Part shown: piece after piece, positions 29,395 to 41,016 of the stretch
Layout: each line of letters begins with the position of its first letter
Numbering within the stretch: position 1 is the stretch's first letter
Assembly (NCBI RefSeq): GCF_006345805.1
Contig: NW_021835170.1
Coordinates: 1 to 42,128, forward strand
Direction of reading: 5' to 3'
From: Octopus sinensis
Lineage: Eukaryota
Length of the DNA: 42,128 nucleotides
Position numbers and translations under genes: made by a program
The notes under the pieces: model-generated
What the model saw: the letters and a program-made list of their open reading frames with translations, nothing else
The model's database searches: none
What the model was told of the DNA's origin: nothing

Positions 29395-31122
29395 CGAGAA
29401 TAAAGTTCTGACTATTTAAGGAATATTGGATGTTTTATATAGGGGCGAGAAAAATCTACTTAGAGACGTGTGTGTGTGTATACTGTTCTATATATGTGTG
29501 TTGGCGTAGGGGTAGAAAACATTTTTTGTGTACGTGTGTGCGTTTGATCGTTCGGCTGTTAGTGGCTCTGCCGTCAGAACCGTTGGGTGGCAGAAAAAAA
29601 ATATATATATGTTTTATGTGTGTGTGTGTTCATCTAAGCCTGCCTTGTCAAGGAACCCCCCGCTGTGAAAAAACCAAGCCCCGTTTGTCTTACAGGAGTA
29701 ATTCCCCTTGCAGTGGCTAATCGTAGATATCTTAAAGGCTATTTCAGAATTTGTTACCAAGGGCTATGGGTGCCGGTATTATTTATAAACGCTATTTAAA
29801 AGCCAGATAAGTGTAGCGCCGCCAATGGGGGCATCGAAAAGCCGACTGTAAAAGCCCGTTTACCATCCGGCCCCTGGCAAACAAAATATGGAAGAGTTCG
29901 GAGACACAAAGGTTGCACTGCCTTCTGCCCCTATCAAATGGGAGGGCCACCGACAAAATTGACCATTCCAGCCTGTAGCTTAAGTTCGTATCCTTCAGTC
30001 GCCATATCAGCTTACTGAGTCCCGTGGTCTGGCGCTTGTTCATGTCCCGAAAAGTTGCGTAATGGTTGGAGACACGCAAAGACAATCTTGAGGATGAGGC
30101 CCCTACATAAGTGAAGACATCTGAGTCCGTGTAAACCTTGCATTGGTAGACGGCGTTTTTGATCTTGGAGTTCGCCGACGTGAATCTTATTCTGCTAGGA
30201 TTAGTTTCTGAAATTAGAACTGCGTTCCTGTCACTATATTCGTTCCGAGACCTGCAGCCGCTTACTACTCTATTTTCCACTACGTCACTATTAACTATAG
30301 GAATAACCCCTGATTCTCCACTATCTATCAGAGTGCTGTCATTGCTACTGCCCGTGGTGCTGCTATTGCGGGAAATGATGCTGGGGATGCTATTGGGGCT
30401 CTCTACCTACTCCCATTGTTACCGTCAACCACACACCCCTATTTATAACTATACCCCTAGTGGGTACTCCCTGGCTGGAGCTGAGATTATGTGTCACTGT
30501 ACTGGCTCTCATATCGTTATTACTACTATAACTATTCCTACTGAGCATTAACCGGGAGCGGAAGAGGCTGTGCCTCCGAGAGAGGTGATAGGGTCTTAGT
30601 AAGTAGCCTATTATTATGGGAGGGGCGATTATCTGGGCGAGGTTTTTAGTGTTGGAGAAAGCTTCCTAACTTTATGCGAGTTAACCGTGGAGTAATATTT
30701 GGAATTTCTGGGGAAGTTATTGGCGATGGCTTGTTCTAAACATGAGGGGGAGGTTAGTTCTAATCTGCTTACCAAAGGGGATTACAAACCATATATGCTT
30801 ATTCCTATCAGTGTGATGGGTCGGGACGCCAGCTCTCGCGTTCGGGTGGGTGATTCTCGGATGAACAACGGGTCTTGGGTTAGTGTAAGACCTCCCGGAC
30901 CGATAATTATCCCTGTTCGATAAATTGAATGCGGGAGCGACTACCCCGGCATCCGCCGCGCTCCCGTCATCAAACGCACACACGTACACAAAAAATGTTT
31001 TCTACCCCTACGCCAACACACATATATAGAACAGTATACACACACACACGTCTCTAAGTAGATTTTTTCTCGCCCCTTATAAAACATCCAATATTCCTTA
31101 AATAGTCAGAACTTTATTCTCG
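29395..31122 (-). mobile_element. Naiad-type Penelope-like element, 5'-truncated, with ~154-bp inverted terminal segments
   Basis: ORF 29792-30280: AVYQCKV...TYVGAS...RVSNHYATF...TGLSKLIWRLKD...WSIL...CNLC..E...CPH (Naiad-style GIY-YIG). Upstream broken frames give RNKHIWFVIPF and HNNRLL. 29395-29548 is the reverse complement of 30969-31122. Confidence 0.85.
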
Positions 31123-31304
31123 AACTTTAATACTCGAACTTTAATACTCTCAATATTATTCAGATTAGTAAAGAACTCCAAGTATTCTTATGGCAGTGTT
31201 CTTACTTATGGTTCATTACAATTATATATTGTAAATCCGTGGTTAGGCTCCAGTCAAGCTGATTGTTACACAGATATATAAATAATGCTCATTACATATT
31301 TTAT

Positions 31305-31805
31305 CTTTATTTGGGTAAATTTGGCTTACTGCTGTTTCCAGTAGTCATTTTAGGTATATTACTGATAGGATTACTGAATTGGTCTATTGATCAGGTGAGA
31401 AAAATTGAACGACCTAACAGTATTGATGTTACTTCCGTCAGAACCATTTATGTTTATAACAAAGCAAAACACTGGAGGTATAGTACGTAGAGGTTAAATA
31501 GAGAAAGAAGCAAGTAGAATAGGAAAAAAAGAAGAAGACACGTTACAATAAGGTGATGAGAAGAAAAGAAAGAACAGCGGAAAGAATTGGAGAGGATAGT
31601 GTTTTGCCTCTCTCCCCCATGTATGCATCATTCCGTCTGTGTTCTGCTTTTTATAACCAGAAATGGCTCTGACGAAAGTAGCATTAATCCTTTTAGGTAG
31701 TTTAATTTTTCTCAACTCATCAATAGACCAATTAGGTAAACCTATCAGTAACATTCCTATAACCACCGGTGGAAACAATTGTAAGCCAAATTTACTCTAA
31801 TAAAG
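31305..31805. repeat. Old inverted repeat (~167-bp arms, roughly 75-80% identical)
   Basis: 31305-31472 aligns essentially without gaps to the reverse complement of 31639-31805. Confidence 0.8.
31661..31780 (+). other. Candidate signal-peptide coding exon (MALTKVALILLGSLIFLNS...)
   Basis: Pyrimidine tract plus CAG acceptor at 31658-31660, ATG at 31663, hydrophobic stretch, phase-1 GTAAGC donor at 31781. No downstream exons were identified. Confidence 0.25.
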
Positions 31806-31861
31806 AAAATATATATAATGACCATTATTTATACCTTGTCTTACATATATATACACACACG

Positions 31862-31915
<54 letters not shown>

Positions 31916-32962
31916 GACGCACGCACACATTGTTTATGCCATAACAATTAAAAACGTCGAGAGGCGCGAAGAAACAATTCGTTTTTAATGGTGGAACATG
32001 AAGTAGATAAATGTATAAAACTAACGTGTATGTATCGGATTGAGAAAGTCTTCGGATAGAAAGAGTCAAGGGGGTGTGTTAATCCAATATTAACACTACT
32101 TTGTGTGTTAGGCATATTAAATAGATTCGACTAGGAAATCATTTAGTTTACCAAAACCTACAATTTCTTTGAATTTGTATTAAAATATTTAGATTATGAT
32201 TTTGAAAAGAAAGATAAATCCTTCTTTTCACGTTTTGATTTTTTAATATTGAAATTTACTCTTTTTACTTTCCTTCGAAAGATCTTTCTGTTATAGGTAT
32301 GAAAGAGGCGAAATTGCAATTCAGCAAATAAGAAATAATTTTTAAATCCACATTTTAATATTTTGATTTTATTACTTCCTTCACTAATTTCCGTACATCT
32401 TTCGTTTTTGACAAACGTTTTCCAGATTCACTCATTTAAACATTTTTAGATGTCAAAGATTACATTTCGAGTATGCAAAAATAAAATTTTCACAAATTCA
32501 ATTGTTTCATCGGCTTTGGTATGTTTTAAAAATATACATGCTCTCAAACATATGCGCGCCTGCGTAAGTGTGTATGTGTATGTGTGTGTCTGTGTGTGTC
32601 CGTGTATATCTAACTATATCTGTATTTACATATAAAAAGGATAAGACCATTATTTAGAATAACGATCATATCAAGTGGCCGGCATGGAAAAAAAACCGTG
32701 TAGGTAATAGTTATTATAGATATGTAACAATATAAGTTTAATTATAATTAAGGGTAGTGAAGAGGCACCACCATGCCAAATATAGCAAACAAAACTGACT
32801 CTAGAACCACATCATGTATTCATATAGCACAGGTGAAAAGATAAATGGACAAAGAAATTAGCAAAAATTGAATGGTTAACTCCATATCGACGATTTCAGG
32901 CTTAGTAATAAAATACTCATGTTCTTCATTAGAGGAAATACACTAAAAATTAGAACGTAATT

Positions 32963-33007
<45 letters not shown>

Positions 33008-33050
33008 GAAGATACGAATACTTACATATACGCCCGCATACATTCATATA

Positions 33051-33383
33051 AAGACCCCCTTCGGTCATGAATGACCATGGGATTGCACCTAGAAAGTTAC
33101 CCTCCTAGACACAAGTCCGGGCAAGGTTGTTTATGGTAGACCAGCAGTCGCCCATGCATACCAGCCTCCCCTCTCCACGCCACCAGTGTTATCCAAGGGA
33201 AAGACAAAGGTCGATACAGCTTGGCACCTGTGACGTCGCAACTCATTTGTACAGCTGAGTGAACTGGAGCAACGTGAAATAAAGTGCTTTGCTCAAGAAC
33301 ACAACACGCAGCCCGGTCCGGGATTCGAGCTCACAACCTCACGATCGTAAGCTCGACGCTCTAACCACTGAGCCATGCGCCTT
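33051..33383 (-). mobile_element. tRNA-derived SINE (third family), full length
   Basis: Minus strand: ggcgcatggctcagtggttagagcg (A-box), gagctcgaatcccgg (B-box), ttgagcaaagcactttatttcacgttgctccag central domain, 3' gaccgaagggggtct. Confidence 0.85.
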
Positions 33384-35360
33384 TCATACATTCATATATG
33401 TGCACATATATACCAGACTAATTCACTTGTCCGTCTTACACCATGTACTATATGGCTAAAACATCATCGCAGTGAATGTGATGACATGGAGCGAATATAA
33501 TTCTAAAAATTGGTCTTATCCTTTTTATATATAAAAATATTTATTTTCTAGTATATATGTGTATATGTATCTATGTATATATGTATGTGTGTGTCTATAT
33601 GTATTATATGTATATGTGTATATTATAAGCAATACACTATATTATATTCCTCTGATAAACTAAGTAATTTTAGTATAGGAAAAGATTAATTATGATAATC
33701 ATACAGAAGTCCTTAGGAAGTTTTAATGCTATGCTATTTTATATTGAATGATCTTAAATGTAATTATGTCAATTTAAATTAAATTGTAAAGTAGACCCTA
33801 TTCTAGATATTATATATTTCTAGTAGTATAAATGCATTAAACCATAAACATGTTGATTTAAAGTGAATTATTTCCCCTGAAAAGTAAGAAATTCCTATTT
33901 ATTTATGTAAAAATTAGTATAAAGATTATTCTTGCATAAAGAATATTTATTGTACACCATATTAAAAACATACTTTGTAAATTACTTTTATATTTTTTCG
34001 TAAGTATAAATACATATAAACATTATGATGAGTTCTTTCTCTAAAAACTAAGTAATTTTAATTTTAATTATAACATTGTTCGTTTTAATATGAAAATGAG
34101 TAATTATGATAAAGACGTTTATGAAGTCCTTATGGTTAAATATTTTGGGGATAACTAGTTAATTTGGCGTTTATGTGATTTCTTCAATAATTCCGTTATT
34201 ATGACAATGTTTCAGAAAATTTCTTTCTTATATAAACTACGTAACTTTTAATTATCAATCTTTGATTTTTAGTATGGATTATAATTAATGCACTGTAATT
34301 TATAATATCATTTAGTATTTGACTAGAAATGATACAGTATTTTAAATATATTATTTTGCTATTTTCCGATAGATAAATATCATATTATTATTATAACATG
34401 TATTTTTTGCTAATATGAAAGTATAAAAGGGATATTTCTTATTTCGCCATGGATTTATTTTAAATATTGTTTCTGGTATTTAAAAAAAACTAATACGCCA
34501 AAGCATATTTAGATTAAAATTCTTAATAGAATACAAATATATTTTATGATAGTTATATTAATTTATTTTTCATATTTTATTTTTTATTTTTAACTTTGTT
34601 TTTGTTTTTATTGACGCTCACGCTTGACAACATAAACAAATTTATGCTTAGTCTTTTTTTTTTGATCTGTAACTCCTCATATATAAAATATTACACTGAA
34701 GAGATTCTTACCCTCAAAAATGAATTTTAATTTTATTATGGGTAAGAATCGAAACAACTGTATGTAATCTGTATTTAATATTTATTATATTATATCATTA
34801 TTTTAAGGATATAATATAATATAATATAGTATTATGTTAATAAATTTTAAATTTTGAATTGGCAATTGCACTTCTCCATTTTCTTTTAATTTTTATAAAT
34901 TTAATATATACCCATGTGAATTGTAACGTTTTTCCCTACTTAATTAGGTATTGAACGGTTAAGTCAGTGAAAAATTGGATGTGTTTTCATCCTTATAAGA
35001 GTAACATATTCTCTTCGCATTGGATGTGTCCACATATGCATATGTATATATATATATATGTAAGTATGTACATATATGTATGTATAAATGCATATATATT
35101 ATTTATATTATACATATGCATAGGTATATATATATATATATAATATATATATATATGTATATATATCTATGTATGTATATATATATATATATATGTATAT
35201 AAATGTGTACATATATATATATGTATATAAATGTATATATATATATATATGTATATAAATGTATATATATGTATATATATTTGTAGATATATATATGTAT
35301 ATATGTGTATATATATATATGTATATCTATGTGTATATATATATATATGTATATAAGTAA

Positions 35361-35530
35361 GACGGTGAGCTGGCAGAATCGTTAGCACGAGGTTGACTTT
35401 GTCTTTCATCCTTTCGGGATCGATAAATTAAGTACCAGTCAGGCAGTGGTGTCGATGTAATTTACTTAATCCCTTTGTCTTTCCTTGTTTGTCTCCAATA
35501 TGTTTTGCTCCTTGTGGGTAATAAAGACAT
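35361..35530 (+). mobile_element. SINE of the 24535 family with an internal deletion removing the B-box
   Basis: The head ...gaatcgttagcacg is joined directly to aggttgactttgtctttcatcc. Confidence 0.8.
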
Positions 35531-35605
35531 ATATATATATACGCATGCATATGTATATACATACACACGTACATACATACATACATAATATATATATATA
35601 TATAT

Positions 35606-37257
35606 ATAAACGAAATAAAACACAATTCAGCAGTAGGCCCCGATAGGTTCCCTGCTTGTGTCCTGAAGGTGTGTCGACACCAACTTGCATCTCCCCTTGC
35701 TAATCTGTGGAGAAACTCACTGGATGCTGGCTATATTCCAAAAAACCTTCTGTCCCAGTCTGTTGTCCCAGTTTTCAAAAAGGGAAACAAGTCCCTTGCA
35801 GTGAATTACCGTCCGATCTCACTCACCTCTCATATCATCAAGGTATTTGAGAGGGTGGTGAGATCTCGAATAACCCAATTTCTGGAAAGCAACAGACGGC
35901 TGATCTCCAACCAACATGGGTTCCGTAATGGAAGGGACTGCCTAACGCAGCTCCTGCATCACTTTGGGGACATTTTGAGAGCTTTGGGAGAGAGCTCCAA
36001 CACCGATGTCATTTACCTTGATTTCAGTAAGGCCTTCGACAGGGTCGATCACAAGATCCTATTGAAAAAACTATCCAACATTGGTGTCTCTGGAAAGTTA
36101 CTGAAATGGATCAAGTGTTTCCTGACAGACAGATCTCAACATGTTGTAGTTGAAGGGGTAAAATCAAGCCCAGCCAAAGTCAGTAGTGGCGTTCCGCAAG
36201 GCACTGTGTTGGGCCCACTTCTTTTCATCATTTACATTAATGACATTAATGACATCATCAAGCACAGCAACATAAAAATCTTTGCAGATGACTCCAAGCT
36301 ACAGAAAGTCATAAATGAGGCGAGTGACCGGACATGCCTTCAGTCAGATCTACTGGCTGTTATCCAATGGGCAGAAAAAAACAATATGCTGCTGAACGAG
36401 GATAAATTTGAGCTAATCCACTTTGGAAAAGAGGATGCCCTGAAACTCCCATACTCCCTTCCTTCAGGTGAAACTCTCGCGGCGTCCAAAAACATCAGAG
36501 ACTTGGGAGTAATTGTGGACAACAACATAAGCTGGGCCACTCATATAAACACCAAAGTTGACATGGCTCGCAGAATGTGTTCCTGGATTCTCAGAACTTT
36601 CCAGTCGAGAGATATCCACACCATTATCCTTCTCTTCTCCACTTTTGCCCGACCCCACCTTGAATACTGTTGTCCACTGTGGTCTCCCCACACAATACAA
36701 GGTATCATAAAAGTTGAAGCACCTCAAAGGGCAATCACAAAAAAGATAGATGGCATGACAGGCCTCGACTATTGGGGTCGACTAGAAAAGCTAAAACTCT
36801 ATTCTCTCCAACGTCGTCGTGAGCGCTACATCATCTGCATGATGTGGAAAATATTCCATCAGCATTGCCCAAATGATGTTGGCATCACCTTTAAGGTACA
36901 TCCAAGGCTGGGCCCCGTGCCATCCGCCCAAAACAAAAATCGCACTCTCATCTCATAACAACAATACGGCACAATTATTCACCTCAATTGGCCCCGCTCT
37001 CTTTAACATTACACCAAAACACATTAAAACAGAAACTGACCCTATAGGGTTCAAGAAGTCTTTGGACAGATTCCTTCAAGAAATCCCGGATAAACCCCCT
37101 ACACCCGATATGTCTCTGTAAACAATAACTCTCTACTTGAGTGGGCCATAGTGCCCAAATTCTGACTTGAAAGACTTCACCAGGTGGTGCTATTAAGTTA
37201 GACATGGCCTGGGCCAATAATGGCCGAAACCTATCAAAGTATCAAAGTATCAAAGTA
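35606..37257 (+). mobile_element. CR1-clade LINE, family A copy 2, 5'-truncated; RT nearly intact
   Basis: Nearly identical to the reverse complement of 8612-10270. 429-aa open RT frame with QG and FADD; 1-bp deletions near 36910 and further 3'; (TATCAAAG)n tail. Confidence 0.95.
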
Positions 37258-37296
37258 TATATATATATATATATATATAATATACATATACATATA

Positions 37297-37363
<67 letters not shown>

Positions 37364-37364
37364 T

Positions 37365-38672
37365 ACTTTATTTTATTTTATGGGCACACCGCCATTTGGT
37401 GTTGCTACATAATTTTACATCACGAATGTGTTTTAGCAATTGGCATTTGGTGCATGAGAGAGTTTGATGCAGCTGCCCTAATCAGCACCTCATGCCGCGA
37501 AGTTGGTTCATCTAGGACACTTGACAGGAAGAGGTCCAGCTTTATTTTGAAGACACCTACATCCACCCTATGCAGGTCTCTCATGTCCTTCGGGAAGATA
37601 TTGAAGAGCTGTGGACCTCTGAAGCCCAGGCTATTGCAGTGTCTTGTCCTACATCTTGATGGCAAATTTGGAGTCCTTAGCACTATGCAGTGGCGCCCAG
37701 TTCTAGTATTTGTGTAACTCTCGATGCCAAAGTTTGGGACAAGTCCTTCCATATCTTCCAGATGTATATTATGGCATATCTTTCTCGCCTACGCTCTAAG
37801 GAATATAGTCTTAATCTCTTGAGTCTTTCCCAATAGCTTATATGCTGCATAGAGGCTATCTTCTCGTGTTGCTTCATTGGATTGCCTCAAGTTCTGAGAT
37901 TAATTTGACACTGGTTGGTGACCATAGTTGAGGGAAATAGTCAAAGTGGCTTAGGATAAGTGTCTTCCAGAGGACCATCATGGTTTCCTGATCTCTTATT
38001 CTAAAAGTTCTAAGAATCCATCCGGTCAGCCGCCTGCATTTCATTGCCAATTTAGCAACATACACATGAAAGGATGCATTATTACTCATGTAAATGCCCT
38101 GGTCTCGCACTGACTGTGCTTCTGGGATTGCAATCCCTCCAGGTCCAGTGTATTTATTAGGTATTGCATTTAGTTTTGCATGCTGATAGCAGAAAGCTTG
38201 AAACTTTTCAGTATTAAACTGCATGCTATTCTTTTCAGCCCACCGGAACACCGCCCACTATTTGCGTGTCATTGGCTACTACCACCTGACTTCTATCCTT
38301 CAGAAAGTCGTGAAGCCATTCTTCCAATTTTCCTACTATGCCGAGATCACGCAGTTTGTGACATATCATTCCATGACCGACTTTATCAAAGGCCTTTGCA
38401 AAGTCGAGATATATTTCCACATTTGAGTGGTTGAGCAGCTGTTTCAGCACCCAGTCATAGTGTTGTAGGAGCTGAGTCAGGCAGCTTCTTCCTGGTTGGA
38501 AACCATGTTGGGTATCAGGCAGCAAGTCATTTTCTTCAAGGAAGGTGATTAGTTTTCTTCTGACTATTTGTTCCATGACCTTACTGATGTGCGAGGTCAA
38601 AAAATAGATCTGTAGTTCTTGGCCTCCGCTCTGCTACCTCTTTTATAAATAGAGCATATTTTACCCTCCATA
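37365..38672 (-). mobile_element. CR1-clade LINE, family B-related copy, 5'-truncated, RT core deleted
   Basis: KVMEQIVRRKL, QHGFQPGRSCLTQLLQHY, YLDFAKAFDKV, then a jump from DRSQVVVAN to FRWAEKNSMQFN (QG/YADD missing), followed by SLERRRERY and LDEPT. Confidence 0.9.
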
Positions 38673-38838
38673 TCTATATATATATATATGAATATATATG
38701 CATAAGTATATGTATATATATATATATATATATAATATATATATATATACATACATAAACAATTGCAGCGTGGAAGGTATTTGTAAGCCATTTAAGAAAC
38801 ACAAAAGCCGTTCGATTCACTTCAACATTTAAGTTTAA

Positions 38839-38889
38839 TTTGTCAAAATATTTTCGTCGCTTTAAGACCGCGACCTGTTCACTGACAAA
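38839..38889 (-). ncRNA. Type-I hammerhead ribozyme-like motif with a G3:C8 swapped core
   Basis: TTTGTCA-GTGAACA-G-GTCGC-GGTCTTAAA-GCGAC-GAAA-ATAT-T-T-TGACAAA: 7-bp stem I, 5-bp stem II, palindromic AATATT stem III. Confidence 0.65.
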
Positions 38890-39401
38890 AATCCGTGCTG
38901 CATCTGAGAAAGTAACAGTTAGTTCGTTATATATATGTACGTATCTATGTGTGTATGTATGTATGCACGCATGTATGCATGCATGTGTATATATGTACGT
39001 ACGTACGCCTGTGTGTAAGTATGTATGTACGTATGTATGTATGTATATATGTATGTATGTGTGTATATGCACGCACACACACACTATGAACTTAAATCTA
39101 TAAACCTGTAGTGATGGATAAATGTAGACTGACCACTACATCTATCCATCACTACAGGTTTATAGCTTTAAGTTAATAGTGTGTGTGTGTGCGTGCATAT
39201 ACACACACACATACATACATACATACATACATACATACATACATACATACATACATACATACATACTTACACACAGGCGTACGTACGTACATACATACAT
39301 ACATGCATGCATATATGCGTGCATACATACATGCACACATACATACATACATACATATATATAACGAACTAACTGTTACTTTCTCAGATGCAGCACGGAT
39401 T

Positions 39402-39452
39402 TTTGTCAGTGAATAGGTCGCGGCCTTAAAGCGACGAAAATATTTTGACAAA
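39402..39452 (+). ncRNA. Mirror copy of the hammerhead-like motif (G3:U8 core)
   Basis: TTTGTCA-GTGAATA-G-GTCGC-GGCCTTAAA-GCGAC-GAAA-ATATTT-TGACAAA. Confidence 0.55.
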
Positions 39453-39571
39453 TTAAAATTAAATGTTGAAGTGAATCGAGCGGCTTTTGTGTGTTTCTTA
39501 AGTGGCTTACAAACACCTTCCACGCTGCAATTGTTTTCATTTCAGCACACGATCTCAGATCAAATCGCTTG

Positions 39572-39668
<97 letters not shown>

Positions 39669-39699
39669 CGCCATGATAGATCGGTAGCCACTACACACA

Positions 39700-39835
39700 T
39701 TTTTTTCTCTCTTTGTTTCTTTCTGTAGGCTCGAAACGTAAAAGACTTTTTCAATTTCTGAGCGTTATACTAATACATCTGTTTGTTTTCTACACCACCT
39801 GTCTTCGTCTTTTGTTTTTTCCGTGAATTCTCCAT
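39700..39835 (+). mobile_element. PLE pseudo-LTR fragment with a partly deleted hammerhead
   Basis: CTTT-ctgt-ag-GCTC-GAAA-CGTA-AAAG keeps stem I, the 3' half of stem II, GAAA and GUA, but lacks the NGA and the 5' half of stem II. Confidence 0.55.
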
Positions 39836-40436
39836 ATATATATATATATATAGCCCGTAACGGCCTATCTCTTACCTCTTGATCTGTGAACTCCACGTAT
39901 GTACATACATATATCTTTTGTATGATGTAAAAGGATAAAATCTCTTTATATATGTATATGTGTTAGTGGATGTTTTTGCACTTGTATGTATATGCATATG
40001 TTTGTTACCTGTGTATATATATATGTATGCAGAATAAGACTGAAGTTTCGATTTTGACTGTATGATATATGAATATAATGACATTATTTGTTGAATTAAT
40101 GTGCTTGCATCTTTCATAAGCATCTGTCTATATATTATGTTATAATATTTATATATGTGAAATATAATATGTTATATTATACTATATTATTTTATACTAT
40201 ATTTTATGTGGTATTTTCCATCTACTATGTATTGTGAATAGCAGAATGCACATAATCGAATATTGGTATTATTATTATTAATAATAATAATAATAATATT
40301 AATAGTTTTGGTAATGTAATGAACGTTGTACTTTGTATATGTACCCATTGATGTGGATGTATATGTATACTCCAGTATATATGTTTGATTTTCTGTAACC
40401 TTATGTGTATGTAATTATTAAATATATATACTTATA

Positions 40437-40474
<38 letters not shown>

Positions 40475-40675
40475 CACTTATGTATATAAATATATATATA
40501 TATATATATTAACATAAGTGTATATACATATATATATAGACATATATATAAGTATAATATATAAATAATATGTATATATTATATATATATATATAATATA
40601 TATATTCATGTGTAGGTTTTTTTGTTTCATATTTAATATTTTCATTTATATTTTTATAATATTGTACTTTATAAT

Positions 40676-40795
40676 CTCTGACGAGGGCCTTGAGATATAT
40701 ATATAAACTCATTTTTAACTGCATATTACCACAATACATCTGACTAATATAGGCAAAATGAGATACTGTTATCTACAGGCTGAAACAGCTGTAAG
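40676..40795 (+). ncRNA. Hammerhead-like motif with a greatly extended stem II
   Basis: CT-CTGACGA-G-GGCC...(~90 nt)...GGCT-GAAA-C-AGCT-GTA-AG; stem I is only 2 bp. Confidence 0.45.
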
Positions 40796-40959
40796 TCCAT
40801 TTTAATGTGTATTATTTTTATGGTATTATCTTACTTATTGATGTATATTGTTTTATTTTGTGGATTTGGATGTTCCTATTTATGTAGTTAATAAATAATA
40901 TGAATTGGTAATATTTGTAAGTCGATGATTGAATGAATCTGTTCCTCCATTTTCTTATT

Positions 40960-41016
<57 letters not shown>

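Larger units (their letters stand above)
38757..39536. repeat. ~780-bp fold-back palindrome with an 8-nt loop; outer arms are a PLE-type pseudo-LTR
   Basis: Arms 38757-39127 and 39136-39536, loop actgacca. About 7 differences in the ~180-bp non-microsatellite outer part. Confidence 0.92.

Noticed and set aside
29560-29800. SECIS element or selenoprotein recoding in the Naiad copy
   Set aside because: Some Naiads are reported to use UGA-Sec, but the GIY-YIG frame has no in-frame TGA and I found no AUGA/AA/GA kink-turn stem by eye. A SECISearch run on the consensus would settle it.
31305-31805. NUMT interpretation of the hydrophobic ORFs
   Set aside because: No recognisable mitochondrial protein motif; better explained as an inverted repeat.
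32876-32938. Minus-strand CTAATGA...GAAATCGTCGATA hammerhead-like relic
   Set aside because: G5 is mutated and stem II does not pair; at best a dead PLE remnant.
33051-33383. tRNA genes at SINE heads (also 24700-24763 and 25710-25769)
   Set aside because: A/B boxes run into SINE bodies and there is no complete cloverleaf.
38757-39536. Assembly artefact explanation for the long palindromes
   Set aside because: The arms carry multiple substitutions and different microsatellite lengths, unlike read fold-back chimeras. This is less certain for 15696-16165 and 28406-28743, whose arms are nearly identical.
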